Below are positions 24,864-38,649 of a DNA stretch of 64,000 bases, piece by piece. The DNA is from Camelus ferus. Taxonomy: Eukaryota. Positions within the stretch are counted from its first letter, which is position 1. The number at the start of each line of letters is the position of its first letter. The stretch is from contig NC_045697.1 in NCBI RefSeq assembly GCF_009834535.1, forward strand, positions 17,486,001-17,550,000, given 5' to 3'. Below the pieces are notes generated by a model. It had not been told where the DNA came from and made no database searches. It saw nothing but the letters and a program-made list of their open reading frames with translations. The position numbers and the translations under genes were made by a program.

Positions 24864-26299
24864 TTAAAATTTAATTTAAAAAATTGAACTGTAATTGATT
24901 TATAAAATTGTGTTAGTTTCAGATGTACAGCAAAGTGATCATATACATATATATTCTTTTCCAGATTCTTTTCCATTATAGGTTATCAAAAGATAATGAA
25001 TATAGTTCTCTATGGTATACAGTAGGTCCTTGTTGTTTACCTACTTTATATATAGTGGTGTGTATCTGTTAATCTCTTAATTTATCCCTCCCTCCTCTCA
25101 TTTCCATAAGTTAATTTTCTATGTCTGTGAGTCTAATTCCATTTTATAAAATAAGTTCATTTGTATTATTTTTTAGATTCCATATATAAGTGATATATAA
25201 TATTTGTCTTTCTCTGTCTGACTTACTTCACTTAGTATGATAATCTCTAGGTAGGTCCATCCATGTTGCCATAGATGGCAATATTTCATTCTTTTTTATG
25301 GCTAATATTCCATTACATATATATATATATATATATATATATTCTTAAATATACATTCTTTATATATATTCTGCTTTACCCATTCCTCTGTTGATGCTTC
25401 CACTTAGACTGCTTCCATGTCTTTGCTATTGTAAATAGTGCTGCTATGAACATTGAGGTGCATTTATCTTTTCAAATTAGAGTTACTGTCTTTTCCAGAT
25501 ACATGCCCAGGAGTGGGATTGCTGGATCATATGGTAACTTTTAGTTTTTAAGGATCTCCATGCTGTTTCCAAAGTGGGTGCACCAATTTACATTCCCACC
25601 AACAATGTAGGAGGGTTCCCTTTTCTCCACACTCTTTCCAGCATGTATTATTTGTAGATTTTCTGATGATGGTTATTCTGACCAGGGTGAGGTGATACCC
25701 TATTGTCGATTTGTTTGCATTTCTCTAACAATTAGTGATGTTGAGCATGTTTTCACATACCTGTTGGCCATCTGTATGTCTTCTTTGGAGAAATAACTTT
25801 TTAGGTTTTCTGCCCATTTTTTGATTGGTTATTTGTTTTGTTTTGTTTTTAATATTGAGTTGTATGAGCTGTTTGTATATTTTGGAAATTAATCACTTGC
25901 CAGTTGCATTGTTTGCAAATATTTTATTCCATTCCATAGGTTGTCTCTTAATTTTGTTTATGGTTTCCTTTGCTATTCAAAAGCTTATAAATTTGATTAG
26001 GTCTCATTTTATTTTTGCTTTTATTTCTTTTGCCTTTGGAGACTGATCTAAGAAAATATTGGTACAATTTATGTCAAAGAATGTTTTATTTATGTTCTCT
26101 TCTAGGAGTTTTATGGTGTCATGTCTTATATTTAATTCTTTAAGACATTTTAAGTTTATATTTGTATATGGTATAAGAGAGAGTTCTAACTTCATTGATT
26201 TACATGGAGCTGTCCAGTTTTCCCAACACCAAAAGATACTGTCTTTTCTCCACTGTATAGTCTTGCTTCCTTTGTTGAAAATAATTGACTGTAGGTGTG
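24864..26299 (-). mobile_element. Younger lineage L1 (3' ~1.45 kb) nested in the old L1, with TSD
   Basis: ORF2 C-terminal remnants (IFNKGSKTIQWRKDSIF..WCWENW) plus 3'UTR. TSD tgtatatgatgcattt (24848-24863) / tgtatatgatacattt (26300-26315). Confidence 0.9.
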
Positions 26300-27979
26300 T
26301 GTATATGATACATTTAGATGTAGCTCTATTTGTATTTATTCTACTTGGATTCATAGAACCTCTTGAATCTGTAGATTCATGTTTCTTATCAAATTTGGGA
26401 TTTTTTTAGGCCATTACTTCTAATATTTTTATTCCCTTTCTGTTACTTCTCTCCTGAAATTTCCATTACATGCATGTTGGCATGCTCAGTGGCATCTTTC
26501 CATCGTTTCAGGCTCTGTTCAATTTTCTTCTTTTTTTGTCCTTCAGATTGTATACTTTTTATTGATTCATATTCAGGTTTCTTTATTACACCATCTCAAA
26601 TAAGATGTTGAGCTCCCCTAGTGAAAATTCCATTTCACTTACTGTACTTTTCAACTGTAAATTTTCCATTTGGCACTTTTTAAAATATAGTTTTAAATTT
26701 CTTTTAATAGAATTTCATTTAGGTTTGAATGTGTTTTTATTTGCTGCTTTGACTTTTTTTTTTCTGTTAAGTTCACCATCTTAAAGGACCTCTCAGAGAC
26801 AGTTTCTTATTAACTGCTTTTTCCCTGAGCTTTTTCTGCTTTCCTGTTTCTTTGCAGACACTTTAGATTATATATTGTAGCAACTCTGGATTCTCACTCT
26901 CTCTCTGGGAGTTGTGGTTATCATTTTTGTGTGTTTGTTTATTGACTTGCTTGGACTTATTCTGCAGAGTCTATCTTTACTTCAGTGTGTGACAGCTGGT
27001 GTCTTTGCTAAGTTTTCTTTTTTGTTGTTGTTTTTATTTCTAAGTTCGCCTCCCTATCATTCACCCTTAGTCTAGCATAGGTTACTAATTGATCAGAGGT
27101 TGTGCTCAAGCACATTGAGCCAGTAAGTCTTTACCCTTTGCTGATGAATCTCTATATGGATTTGGAAACACATTTAAAGTTCAGGCAGTTTATAAATCTG
27201 CCTTTGCTTCTACTTTACACTGACCCTGCTTGTGTCTTCTCTGCATATACATAACACTTCAAATTTATCCAGGAATATGTAGATAGCCAGAGTCTTCTCC
27301 AGTCTCTCCTGAATATGTACTTAGCCTGGACCATGATTACACGATTACTTTGAGACCTCTAGGGATAGTTTGGAGTTTATCAAGCCCACGATGCCTGTCT
27401 AGTTCCCCAGATGTCCCCATCAAATTTCTGGCTATGCTTCTAGTCTTCTACCAATGTCCGAACCAATATTCCCAGCCAATGTCACAATCTCAGACTAACT
27501 GTGACATTGACTTTCCCCATTGTTTCTCATGATTTCTGAAGGCATGGGATTTTTTTTCAAGGCTCCACTCCAAATCCTATCAGCCTCCTAGGGGGGAAGA
27601 AACTCTTGGTTTTCAGAGCTTGCCTTATCCTGGTAGACCTATTATACTGATGGAACTGAAGGGATGTTGGAAACAGCTGCAGGCTAACACATCATAGAGT
27701 CCAACCGTCCTTAGCCAAGTTACAGTAGGTTTGCTTGAATAAACACATCTCAATTTATTTGCATGCCTTTGGTCAGTTTCCAGTGTCTCGAAGTTGTTTT
27801 TGACAATTCTGTCCAGTTTTACAGTTGTTCTGGGGGGAAAGCATTTGTTCACTTCCTTTCTCTGTCATTCTGGAAATCCTACCTTTTCGGTATAATTTTA
27901 CGTCATTTTGTCTCTGTTGGGTGCTGCTTTGCCGAGACTGCAACCAGAGGCCCTGCCTTTCGCTAACTGGAAGATATAT

Positions 27980-28275
27980 CTAAGACACAAGCTGAATTAC
28001 TAGATTCTCTGGACTCAGATTTTGAATCTTGCTGGGAGTGATACAAAAGCAGAAAATTATACTTCGTTTATTTTAACCACACCCTGACAAGATTCTCAGT
28101 TATCTCCTGGTACCTGCACTTTTGAGGCTCCCCTGTTCCCATCGTGCACAAAGCCTGGCTGGCTGCGCTTTCTTCAGCTGTGGAAGGGTCCCAATGTTCA
28201 TCCAAAAAGTACTTTTCTGCTCAAGTTAGCCAGACCCAGTTTCTGTTGCTTGCAAACAAAGAACCTGACTGACAC
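27980..28275 (+). mobile_element. Old MLT1-like LTR fragment
   Basis: Ends 'tgctcaagttagccagacccagtttctgttgcttgcaaacaaagaacctgactgacac'. Confidence 0.6.
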
Positions 28276-28854
28276 CGCTTTTCAAAGGATGTGCAGAAGG
28301 GAACCTTCTGAAGACTCCAGATAAGAGGCCAATTATTCACTTGACAGTTTTCAGGATTGCCGCAACACACATGTGCCTGTGGGAAGCTCGGGAGCCAGCG
28401 GAGTGCTGTGTGTCTGATGAGATCCCACTGGAAGGACCAAGTCTGCCCCTGTCACCAGCCACAAAGAGGATCCAGTTTTTATCCATTTCATCTGGAGAAC
28501 CATCTGGGCTGGGAATAGCAGTAATAATAACGAATCATTGTCACCAGATTTCCTCGTAGATAGCACTTCATTTTTGTTGCTCTTGTTAAAAATCAAGTGT
28601 TCAAGTCTGCTGGTGAATAAGCGGCCAGCAATCGTTATAAAGGCTGTCCTTAGCTGTCATGAGACTAAATTGGGACTGGGCCTGGGAGCATGGCGTGGAG
28701 AAACTTGGCTGCTGGTGGTCTTTTCTGGAGGGGTAGGAGGCTGGAGGAAAACCCCAGCGGCTATGGTAGAAAGAAGCCCTACTGAAAACCATGCAAAGGA
28801 ATGTTTGGTAGCACTGGCTTACTTACCAATATCATGTATGATAATTTAGTGTTT

Positions 28855-29310
28855 TGTTGGATGAGGGCCAGCAGTAGGATGTGGATGCTTAAGTCAGCAG
28901 TCTGTGATATGAAGTAGCATTAATAGAGGTATGTTATCTTAAACAAGGGAGATGATTGTCCTTTTCCATTTCATTTTTAGAGCACTCAAAAGTGATGTCT
29001 TATTTTTGCATCATGTATTTTGCGTGCTATAGACTAACAAGAACACGTTCAGAGGAGAACAATCAAGACGGCAACCTGACTTAAATTACCATGTGATGAA
29101 CAATGGGAGAAACAAAGACATTTGGTTTATGGAGGAGAAATTAACAGGGTGGGGATAGAAAAAGGGAGGTGTAGTAGCTATTTTAAAAAAAATTTCAGGT
29201 CTGACAGGTGGAGGAAGGACAACATTTGTTCTCTCTGCCTCCAGTGACTGATCTAGGCTCAATGGACAGAAGCTACAAATAGACACATTTAAATTCCATA
29301 TCCCTCTAAG
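28855..29310 (+). mobile_element. L3/CR1 LINE fragment
   Basis: 'gcattaatagaggtatg', 'acgttcagaggagaacaatcaagacgg' and 'aatggacagaagctacaaatagacacattt' resemble the CR1 RT 3' region. Confidence 0.7.
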
Positions 29311-30324
29311 TGAGATACTGAAATATGTTTTCCCAAAGGTCACCTGGAAATGTGTTTTCACTTTATAATTCTCATCGAAGAATGTATCTTTGTGAAGACC
29401 AGAGCTGTTATAAGTATCGACACTGATAAGTGGCAGGTAAGTGATGCTTTTATGACTTGTGATGCTTTTATTAACTTATAGCTAAGATTTTGTTTGCTTA
29501 CTTTTTAAGAAATTAAGATTAGCCGTTGTATTACACATTGTAACCTGCAATAGCAAATATATGTTTTCTATTTTGAAATTAACTCACTGTACAAACACTC
29601 TTTATAAAAGAACTATGTATATTTTGAGCATTTATTTGCTTAAGGATATTGAAGCGTTTTAAAAGAATTTACAGAACCATATGTAAGAGCTCGGAGAAAC
29701 GGAAGGAGATATACTAATAAAACCTTAAAGAAGAGATCAAGTAGCTGACAAGTGAGAGACTAACAGTGAACCTGGAGGAAAGAGAGGGAATTAGAAGAAG
29801 AGCAAACAGTCCTACAACTGCCAGTTAGAAGGAGGAGAGGAGGATAATCCATCAGCTGTAATCAAGGCAGATGAGCACAGCATAGAAAATGTTGTTACAA
29901 CTGTGTGCATTTTATTGATCTTGGACTGTGGTACCCTGCTGTATATAACCCTACTGCATTTAAACGATCATCCACAAGCCACAGGGGTAAGACTCAGGAC
30001 CACAACTAGCTTATCCAACACTCCTGCGTGAGTCAGAAAAAGGCCCCCTACTGGGCAGATGCAGCCATGTAGGTGAGTGGAATATGGGTGGACCTTTCTC
30101 ATGTCCCTTCTGCTGAGCATCTTTGCACAGGGTAGAGCTGTATCCACAGACCTGGATTGTCTTGACATAATCTATTCCTATGTTGTGTAACCCATAGTTA
30201 GAATTCTATGTCTTTGCCCTTTAAGGATTGGGTCAGAAGAATGAGGTTGTTCATTGTGTTTGGAATCGAATGGAATATATCATACTACATACAGCTGGCA
30301 AGGAAGAATTTTCAGAGCTCTCCC

Positions 30325-30647
30325 AATAAAAAAGAATAAAGTAATGCCATTTGTAGTAACATGCATGGATCTGGAAACTGTCATAAGTAAGCCAGAAAGA
30401 GAAAGAAAAATACCGTATGTTATCACTTATACATGGAATCTTAAAAAAATGACACAAATGAACTTATTACAAAACAGAAAGAGACTCATAGACATAGAAA
30501 ACAAACTTGTGGTTACCAAAGGGGAAAGAGGAGATGGAGGGATAAATTGGGTGCTTGGGATTTGCAAATACTAACTACTATATATAAAATAGATAAACAA
30601 CAAGGTCCAACAAAGTATAGCACAGGGAACTGTATCCAATACCTTAT
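30325..30647 (+). mobile_element. Lineage L1 3'UTR fragment lacking its tail
   Basis: 'ataaaaaagaataaagtaatgccatttgtag...agacatagaaaacaaacttgtggttaccaaaggggaaa...gtatagcacagggaact'. Confidence 0.9.
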
Positions 30648-30649
30648 CT

Positions 30650-31742
30650 AGTTGATGATGTCTATGAGATACCACTTTGGATCTTTCTGAAATCTTAAAA
30701 AACATGCTTTGAGGCCACCCTGCTCTGGCTCAGTTTTTACCCTGTGACCACATTTTCCTGAAAATCTTTTTCCTGGGGCCTTTTTCCCCCTTCACTTTAA
30801 GAACGCTTTGCTGGCTAAAAATACTCTCTTGGGCCATTTGTATTTCCTCCAAATTCCACTTGAAAACTGAATAGTTGGGTTTTCAGTTTGTGTTTATATT
30901 TCTCTGCTCTTATTTTATTATAGGCAGCTCAAAGAAGCCAGGTGGCATCTTAAATACTCTGCCTGGAAATTTTCTTAGAGCATAGAATTCACTGAGTGTA
31001 TTTTCTAATCTCTACATTACTGCAGGTGATGCTTTTGCTAAACTTTCCGCCACTACATAACCACAGTCTTCTTTCCTTCAGCTTCTGTAACATTTTCCTC
31101 GCATTCCTTTAAGCTCTCACTGACATACTTCGCCAGGCCTTCCAGCCCTTACACCTTGCCCAGTGTCAAAGCCAATGTGTTAAATTTTTATTGTAGCAGA
31201 TCCTCATTTTCAGGTACCAAAATTCATTTTTGTCACCAGTGTTGTGTGGAAAAACTGCCTCCAAACTGAGTGGCTTAAACCAACCTTTTTATTTTGCTCG
31301 TGATTTTGTGCATCAGAAATTTGAAAAGGGCCCAGCTGAGCAGTTCCCACTTGAGGTTACTCATGCAGTTGCAGAAAATGTCAGCTGGGCCTGCAAACAT
31401 CTGATGACTTAACTGGGCTGGGTGTCCAAAATGGCGCACTCATGCGGTTAGGAGTTGACGCTGACATTAGCTGCAAGCTCAGCCAGCATGGCAGTCTGAG
31501 GACACTTGGCTTTCTTTTATGGTGCTAGTTTCCCCTAGAGCTAACATCCCAAAAGAGCCAGGCAAAAGCTGCATGGCTTTTCCTGACCCAGTTTTGCAAG
31601 TTTGTGCAGCATCACTTCTGCCGCTTTCCATTGGCAATAAAGAGGTTAGTAAGTCATCCTAGATTAGAGAGAAGATATAGAAACTACCTCATAAAATGAG
31701 AAATAGCAAATGATTTGCAGATATGTTTCAATACTGCCATGC
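30650..31742 (-). mobile_element. MaLR internal segment (about 30650-31225) plus adjacent MLT1 LTR (about 31230-31742)
   Basis: Internal region ends 'caggtaccaaaattc', then the LTR reads 'ccaaactgagtggcttaaaccaac...ttgctcgtgattttgtg...gcatcacttctgccgc'. Confidence 0.7.
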
Positions 31743-32524
31743 AACAGATTAAGTTCTCTAGGATTAAGTACAGAAGACAGAATCTAGGATCGCATGTATA
31801 CTGTCATTGGAGCCATACACAAGAATGGGCATATGGGAAACATCGGAAAGAAATGCAAAAACTATTGTAGCTATTTTGTTATTAAGGATGATTTTTCTTC
31901 ATTTATTTTACAATGGGAAAGAAAGAAGGAAGGAATGAAAACAACATATATAGCATATATCTAAGTGATTCCATGTTTTTGCTTCCTAAACTCTGCTCCA
32001 TTTTTCTTAGAGTTGACATTTAGGGTGCTTGTGAGAATCTTTTTAAGCTGGGTCTGGACATGAGATGGAGCATTGAGAAGATGACTGGCTGGGCATGGAG
32101 GCTGCCCTGGCTGTGGTGGGCAGACTGAGCCTTGGTCTTCAGGCTTTTATATGACACTTCTAGGACTATCTAATTTGTGGCCATGCAGAAGCCCATAGGT
32201 GCTACCTTCTTAGTTGCAGGTTTAATGCCTCCTAAAGTAGGTTCATACGTTTCATTACAGTCAAATTCTGTTTCTTCTGTGAGAGAATTAAAAGGAGACA
32301 TAGATCAAGCGATGCAACTGAAAAATGGTATAAACCTGTCCAGACAGAATGTTCTTACATTCAGCCACCCAAGCAATGCAGAGTCAAACGCCATCTATGT
32401 GTTATAGCTGTACACGCCACACCACACCCATCTTGCCCCCCCCAACATTGTGACTTCCAGGAAGCCTCCTTGAGCTACTTTTGCTCGCACATCAGGACCT
32501 GGATCATAATACAAGTGGAAGAAC

Positions 32525-32900
32525 TCTCTTGGGCTGAACTGGGAACTCTCAAAATTCCTATGTTGAAGCCCTAACACCCCAATGTGGCTATACTTAGAAA
32601 CAAGGCCTTAAAGAGGTAACTAAGGTTAAACAAGGTCATCAGGGTGGACCTTAATCTGACAGGACTAGTGCCCTTATAAGAAGAGGAGGAGACACCAGAG
32701 ATCTATCTCCGTGCACACAGTGGAAGAGCCATGTGAGGACACAGAAAAAGCGCAGCAATCTGCAAGCCAGGAAGAGAGGCCTCAGCCCCTAACACCTTGC
32801 TGTGAGACTTCTGGCCTCCAGAACTATGAGAAGCTAAATTTCTGTTGTTTCAGCTCCCAGTCTGTGGTACTTTATTTTGGCAGCCAAAGCAGACTAATAC
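32525..32900 (+). mobile_element. MLT1A/B MaLR solo LTR
   Basis: 'tatgttgaagccctaac...cccttataagaagagg...gcaagccaggaagagaggcctcag...aaatttctgttgttt...gcagactaatac'. Confidence 0.9.
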
Positions 32901-34194
32901 GAAGCCCATTAAGCTGGTTCCTGGTGTCCTTTTGACACGTCCCCATAGGTTACTGGTCACTTCTTTACATTCTGGCACAGTAAGATGTTCTAGGTTATCT
33001 AATACTTTCCCTGCCTATGACAGGCAGAACAATGCCCCCCCACCTCCAAAGATGTCCACATCTTTACCCTCCAAAACCTATGCATAGGTCACCTTGATGG
33101 TGATCAGCCCGGTACGTCTGTACCACGTGAAACTGCCCTCAAGGAGAACCAAGAAAAGAATTTTGAAAACCACAAAAAACACAATTACAAATTACCATTT
33201 GTAATTTTTCCTAATGAGAGAAATGTTGAAAATGAGCTTAACTGAAATTTAGCAAAATGAGAAGCTGTTTGGAGGATGAGATAGTTCATTTCTTCCCATT
33301 TCTGCACAGCAGAGATAAGTGAAGATGGTACAGAGTTGCTGTCGGATGGACTTGAAGTGGGTGCTAAGGAGAAATGGAGGGCTTATGCCATTGCAGTGGG
33401 GAAGGTACAAGATCAAAGCTATCCTCTGAGGGAAGACCTGCAACATATGAACCAATTCCCAATGATTCCAATGTGTCTCCAGTGAGGCACAAAACCAGGA
33501 GTTGAGAAGAAGCCAAAGATGCTTAAGACATAATCCCTGTCCTCAAGGAATTCACAGTCTAGGGACAGATTCTTATCTACATGGGCAACCAAAGAGATGA
33601 CCAAGACTACATAAGGCATGTTTCTGGTGCCGGCAAGTAAATCAGAGAACTCATTTACTGACCCAAGTGACAGAGGGATTTGAAGATACAAGGCAGAAAG
33701 ACAGCAGTGAGGAATCTGATTTGAAAAGCTCAGCAGAGGAAATCCCACTCATCTCAAAAGGAGCTTTATCACAGTTGATAGAAGCCTGATACAAAAGAAA
33801 TGGGAGAATGTGGCAGGTCAAGGGCTTATGAAAACACATAGCTGTTTGTGGTCATCGCACATGTGTTTGCTGATCTTAAACAGCTGCAGGAGAATCACGC
33901 GAGCAGGAACATGGCAAGTGAAGAACTCAAGGATGCTAGCTCCGTGGCTGAGGCCACCTCTCCTGACATCACTGATAATATGGTGAAGAAATCAGCTGGA
34001 AAATTTCAAGAATTCTGCTGATGTGGGGGAGGCTCTAAGCTTCCTGTCCTTGGCTTCTGTTCCATAGGAAACCCACCAGAGGTCTCTAAGCTCAACTTTA
34101 TGCTTAACTCATGAGTGCCATATTCCTTTTGCACATTTCTAACAAGTTGATAATTGAAGATTTTTAACATCTCCCCAGATTCACACAAGAAGAG

Positions 34195-34350
34195 TGCTTT
34201 GTGTAGTGGTTAAAAGCTCAGGTTTTGAAGTGATTGTCCAGGTATAAGGTCTTAGAAGCTTTTCAGGCTGTGTGAGCTAAGTTGAGTTACTAAACCTTCC
34301 TGGGCCTCAGTTTTTCTTCTATAATATTTGGATGACAGTATAACAAACAC
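34195..34350 (+). mobile_element. MIR SINE
   Basis: 'gtgtagtggttaaaagctcagg...gttactaaaccttcctgggcctcagttt'. Confidence 0.75.
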
Positions 34351-37048
34351 TCTCATGGTAAGTGGGCTCTGTACTTGGTTGACTCCATGTCAGACTCCTT
34401 TGCAGGACGCTCAGACCCTTGGTGAGAGACTGACTTAAACTGGTGCTGTTTCACCTCAGTCGAGCTGTTGGTGTCTCACCTCAGGCCCTAGAGGTGGGAA
34501 AGAAAACCTTTTCCTCCCTATTGTGGAGTTTGGCTGAGTCAGTGGGAACATCTCACTCAGCCTTTCTGATGGCAGATGAGGGAAGCTTGTCCTAGCTCCA
34601 GAGCAACCAGAAGGTGCATGTCAGGGAAACTGACCTGTTAAGGATGCCCAGACAGGCATGCCCAGATAAAAACTATGAGGTTTTATCTGTATTTCACTTC
34701 CCTGTCATTACTCCCACACTTACACTAGGTCCCATTAAAAATGACATCCTGGTCTCTGATACCTGGTGGTAACCAAGTGGAAGAGCCTGCCCATGACTGG
34801 GATTCAGTGAACATGATAAGGGGAGCCTTTGCTTCCTTGAGGTCAGAGTGGCGGTAGTGGTGGAGTCACCAGCAGAGGGTCACTGAGGGCAGAGTCACCG
34901 TATGGTGGCATGATGAAGTGGCCTGAGTGGCCAAACTCAAGAATCTGTGTCCTGGCACATGGGAGATGGCACTTAGAGGACTAAACTAGCTGGAAAATGC
35001 TGTGATGAAATGGGGGTGGTGGTATTTTCCACTAACCAAGTAGACAGGGTTGAGGATACAGTCCCTTGGGTTACCAGCCTTACCCACACCCAGTGTTAAG
35101 GTCACTGTATTTAACCACTGCTGTGTAGACAAGCACTAATCTCAAAGGATGTAGCTGGCCCTGGTGCTGAAGCTTCCAATTATTTATGGAAGAAAGAAAA
35201 TCCCTCTACTGGTGATATGGAAAAAACTCCAAACCCTTTTATAAAGGAGAGAAAGGATAATTGGGTTGGCCATGATTTTCCCCATAAACCGTGGATTCCT
35301 TCCTGTTGAGACCCAAAGAACTCTCACCACCAAACTTTATGAATTCTGAATTGACACTGGGAATTTTTTTCAACAGAACAGAGGGAATTAAATTTTCTGG
35401 ATGCCCCACTGTGCCAGGAATCAATCCTTTATTTGCTGGGTCCTGGGGAAATCGATGAGATCCCAGAGGAGGTCCTGGAGCTGATAGTGGGAAGCAAACA
35501 GAGGGCTAGGGTCAATGTCTCTTTACAAAGGAGTATGAAAATATTCCAATGTTTTAACAACAGGAGCAGCTGAGCACTGATGCACGCCAGTCCTGCCTAC
35601 CTGTACCACACCTACACACAGCAGAGAGGCCCTCACCCCTGTGTCCTGTCCCGACAGGGCATAGATAGAAGACTGAGGCTCTGGGTGCTCCAAGCTTAAG
35701 CTAAGAAAGGGGTAGAAGGGCCACCCTGCTTCAGTTCAGCCACCTTCCACGCTCTGGCCGGTGCTTCTACATATCCCCCTGCATGGGCAGGGAGGCTGTG
35801 TGGGAGGGGCTTTGTGCTACTGCTCCTTTCTCCCGAGTTTCCAAAGCGGGGCAGGTCCGCATGCCCCAGTTCCCATTTTAGGGCTGTGCTCTGCCTTGCC
35901 TAAAATTAAAAGGTTGACTTATTTTTAACTTTAGCTCTTCTGCTTCTGGGCCTGCATGAATGCTGGTTGATTCGTAGCTGGCAAGATGAAACTATTTCTA
36001 TGACCACAAAACCCCATTCAAGGTCCCACAAACTCAACCCACATCCTCCTACTCCAAATCAATGAGGCTGACTCAGTTTCCCGCTGACTCATGGCAGTCC
36101 TGGTTTCATCCGTCAGCTGGTTCCACAGGTTTAAAGTACTGCAGGGCAGAAACCACGATCTCCAGGAATCAGCCACTGTGAGGGGCTAGGTGTGGTCCTC
36201 AGACCCCCTGCGTTGTCCTCATGGCCCAGATCTTCTCATTGGGCTGAATATGCCCAATTTGCACTCTGAAATGGGAGTCTGAACAAGAGTAGGGGGAACA
36301 GAGCCACACGGGGAAGCCCAAGGCTGAGATTGCTCCTGAGCCAAAGGCCTCCAATTCCCCATCCAATTCAAAGGCAACTTGAAATCCAACTCCTTGGGAT
36401 AGTCAAGCAACCTGATGGTCAGCTGCTTAGAAGAACTAGATTCTAAACTAAACCGTCAATCATGGGGAAATCACTCTAAAAGGAAGTAAACTCTGTTGCT
36501 GGTGACATGGAAGGAATTTAAAGCTGTTTTATAAAGGAGAGAAGGGAAAATGAAAATTTTCCCAATAAACCACATATTACTTCTGGCTGAGACTGATAGG
36601 ATTCTCAACACTAATATTTTTAATTCTGGGTTTTGACCCTGGGGTTCTTTCAAGAGAGCAGAGGAATCAGATTTTCTTAAAGGAATATGTTCCTGACAAA
36701 ATCAACCTTTTTATATCTACTCTAGTAAATCTCTTCACACAATTAACAACACACACTCCTGTTGGCCGAAAAAAGTTGATAATCTTTTAATAAAAACATC
36801 CAATTCCAAGATGATGGAACAAAATACTTTATCTTCTCCTAATTCTTAATTTTAATAAAATCTATGGGCTCTGGGAATAGGGATTATGAGTGACAGGTAA
36901 ATGGTTTCTCTTGTGGGAGCAGCTAAGGAATTTAAGAGAGAACCTGTCTGTAACCAAACCAGAGAAACACACTTTCAAATAACCACTGAATTCCTGTGCT
37001 TACACCCTAAAGATGCAATTTTTGAGTATCCCTAAACAACTGTTAAAT

Positions 37049-37464
37049 TGTGGTGATTAATTCTGTATGTCAGCTTGGCTGGGCCACCATGTCGATATGT
37101 GCTCAAACATTCTTCTGAATGTTTCCATGACATTCAGTGTTTCTGGATGAGATTAACCTTAAACCAGTAGACCCTGAGCAAAGCAGATAGCTCTTTATAA
37201 CATGGGTGGGCCTCATCCAATCAGTTGAAGGCCTGAATAGAACAGAAGACTCACCTCTCCAAGCTAGAGGGAATTCATCAGCAGACAGCCTTTAAAGGTG
37301 AACTATAGCATCTTCTCTTCCTCTTCTCTGGTCTCTAGCCTGCAGCCCCATTCTGCAGATTTTGGACTTTCATCTTCATAATCACATGAACCAATTCCTT
37401 AAAATAAGTCTCTGTGTACGTACACATCCTGTTGGTTTTTCTCTGGAGAGCTCTGACTAATACA
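37049..37464 (+). mobile_element. MLT2-type (ERVL) solo LTR, near full length
   Basis: 'tgtggtgattaattctgtatgtcagcttggctgggcc...gggcctcatccaatcagttgaaggcctgaatag...ctgactaataca'. Confidence 0.9.
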
Positions 37465-37504
37465 GATGTGTTTCCCTATTTCCCTAATCTGATCCCTGCA
37501 CATA

Positions 37505-37675
37505 TTCGCTTCTCAATCTTGGTTGAACAGTTGACTCACCAAGGGAGCTTTAAAGACACAGATGCCTGTGTCCCCGCCTGATTTGATTTGTCTAGGCTGT
37601 GGCCTGGACATCAAAATTTTAAAAGCTTCCTAGATGATTCTAAAGTGCAATGAGACGGTTGAGAAACACTGTCTT
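37505..37675. mobile_element. MER5-like hAT MITE
   Basis: 'ttctcaatcttgg...gactcaccaagggagctttaaa...cagatgcctg...tagatgattctaa...ggttgagaaacactg'. Confidence 0.8.
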
Positions 37676-38327
37676 TCAGTTCCTTGGTCAAATAATCTAA
37701 GTTAGCACTGGGCTAAAACTCCTCAACTACCCTATTTCCTCATCAGCTGACTGGCTCCCTCTGCTGCAGATCTCACCCGTATGGACTCCAGAGCAGGGTC
37801 ACAGTGTCCCAGGAATGGATTTTTTTCCTCACCACCTACTTGCGAAAGTGCCTTGGGGTCATCAAGTATAACCCACTTTACTTTGTATTTATACAAATTC
37901 CTATCTTTAAGGAGAAAAACATACTTTTTCACGTCAATGTTTTACATTAATTCTTTGACACTGGCAAGTGGCTAGTTAATTTACATATTTTACTCACAAG
38001 GAAACAGGGATAAAACAGACAATTTCTTTACACAGAATTATTCTTAACAGCCAAAACTGTCCAGTGAAGGAATAAATTGTCTTTTGAGAATTTTTTCCCG
38101 TAATGGTTCTTATGAAGTCATAGAACCATGTCTACTGCTCTATTTGCACATGAGCAACACATACAAGGTTATCCATTAAAGTCTGGATTGTGGAAGTAAA
38201 AGACTGGAAACAACCTAAGTGTCTACCACGAGGGACTGGTTAAAAAATTATAGTACATCCTAAAATGACCTGCTACGCAGTCATAAAAGGAAATGAGGCA
38301 GCTCTTCATGCTCTGATATGGAAGGAT

Positions 38328-38530
38328 CCAGTCGATGCGCTGGAGGTGGTTTGGACTAATTCATGAGTGCAGATCATTAGCTTCTTTTCCTAACTCTGTA
38401 GTCAGTGACCTCACATAACTTGAAATTGACCATGGTGGCAGTTACACCATGGAAATCTGTAAATGCTACCCATCAAGGCACTCCCTACCCAACAAGAGCT
38501 GGTTGTTAAATATTTACTAGCACACCACTG
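38328..38530. mobile_element. MER63-like hAT-Blackjack MITE within an old L1 3' fragment
   Basis: Inverted termini 'cagtcgatgcgctgg'...'ctagcacaccactg' and internal 'ctggttgttaaatattt'. Confidence 0.65.
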
Positions 38531-38649
38531 AAAAGGTCTCCAGAACCCATTGTCAAACCCCTTATTTTGAATAAAGCAAAGTGCAGTACAACATGCTTAG
38601 TATGCTAGCAACTGTGTAAAAATAGGGGAAATTACAAGTTAAAGAAACC

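Larger units (their letters stand above)
20590..27880 (-). mobile_element. Long old L1 (L1MB/L1M4-like): 3'UTR at 20.6-22 kb, ORF2 remnants to about 24.7 kb, ORF1/5' remnants to about 27.9 kb; multiply interrupted
   Basis: 'attgtgcaaccatcaccacaa', 'aactttttaagaaactgtcaagctgttttccaaagcagctg', 'gacatccttgctttgttcctg' and 'aggagtcagctgttaatt'. Many stops and frameshifts. Confidence 0.85.

Noticed and set aside
29330..29960. AT-rich unassigned block, possible old DNA transposon or retrocopy
   Set aside because: No ORF, TIR, TSD or recognisable family, so I cannot support a call.
34370..35500. Possible ancient ERVL/Gypsy-like LTR-internal remnant
   Set aside because: Only a vague compositional impression, with no motif I can anchor.
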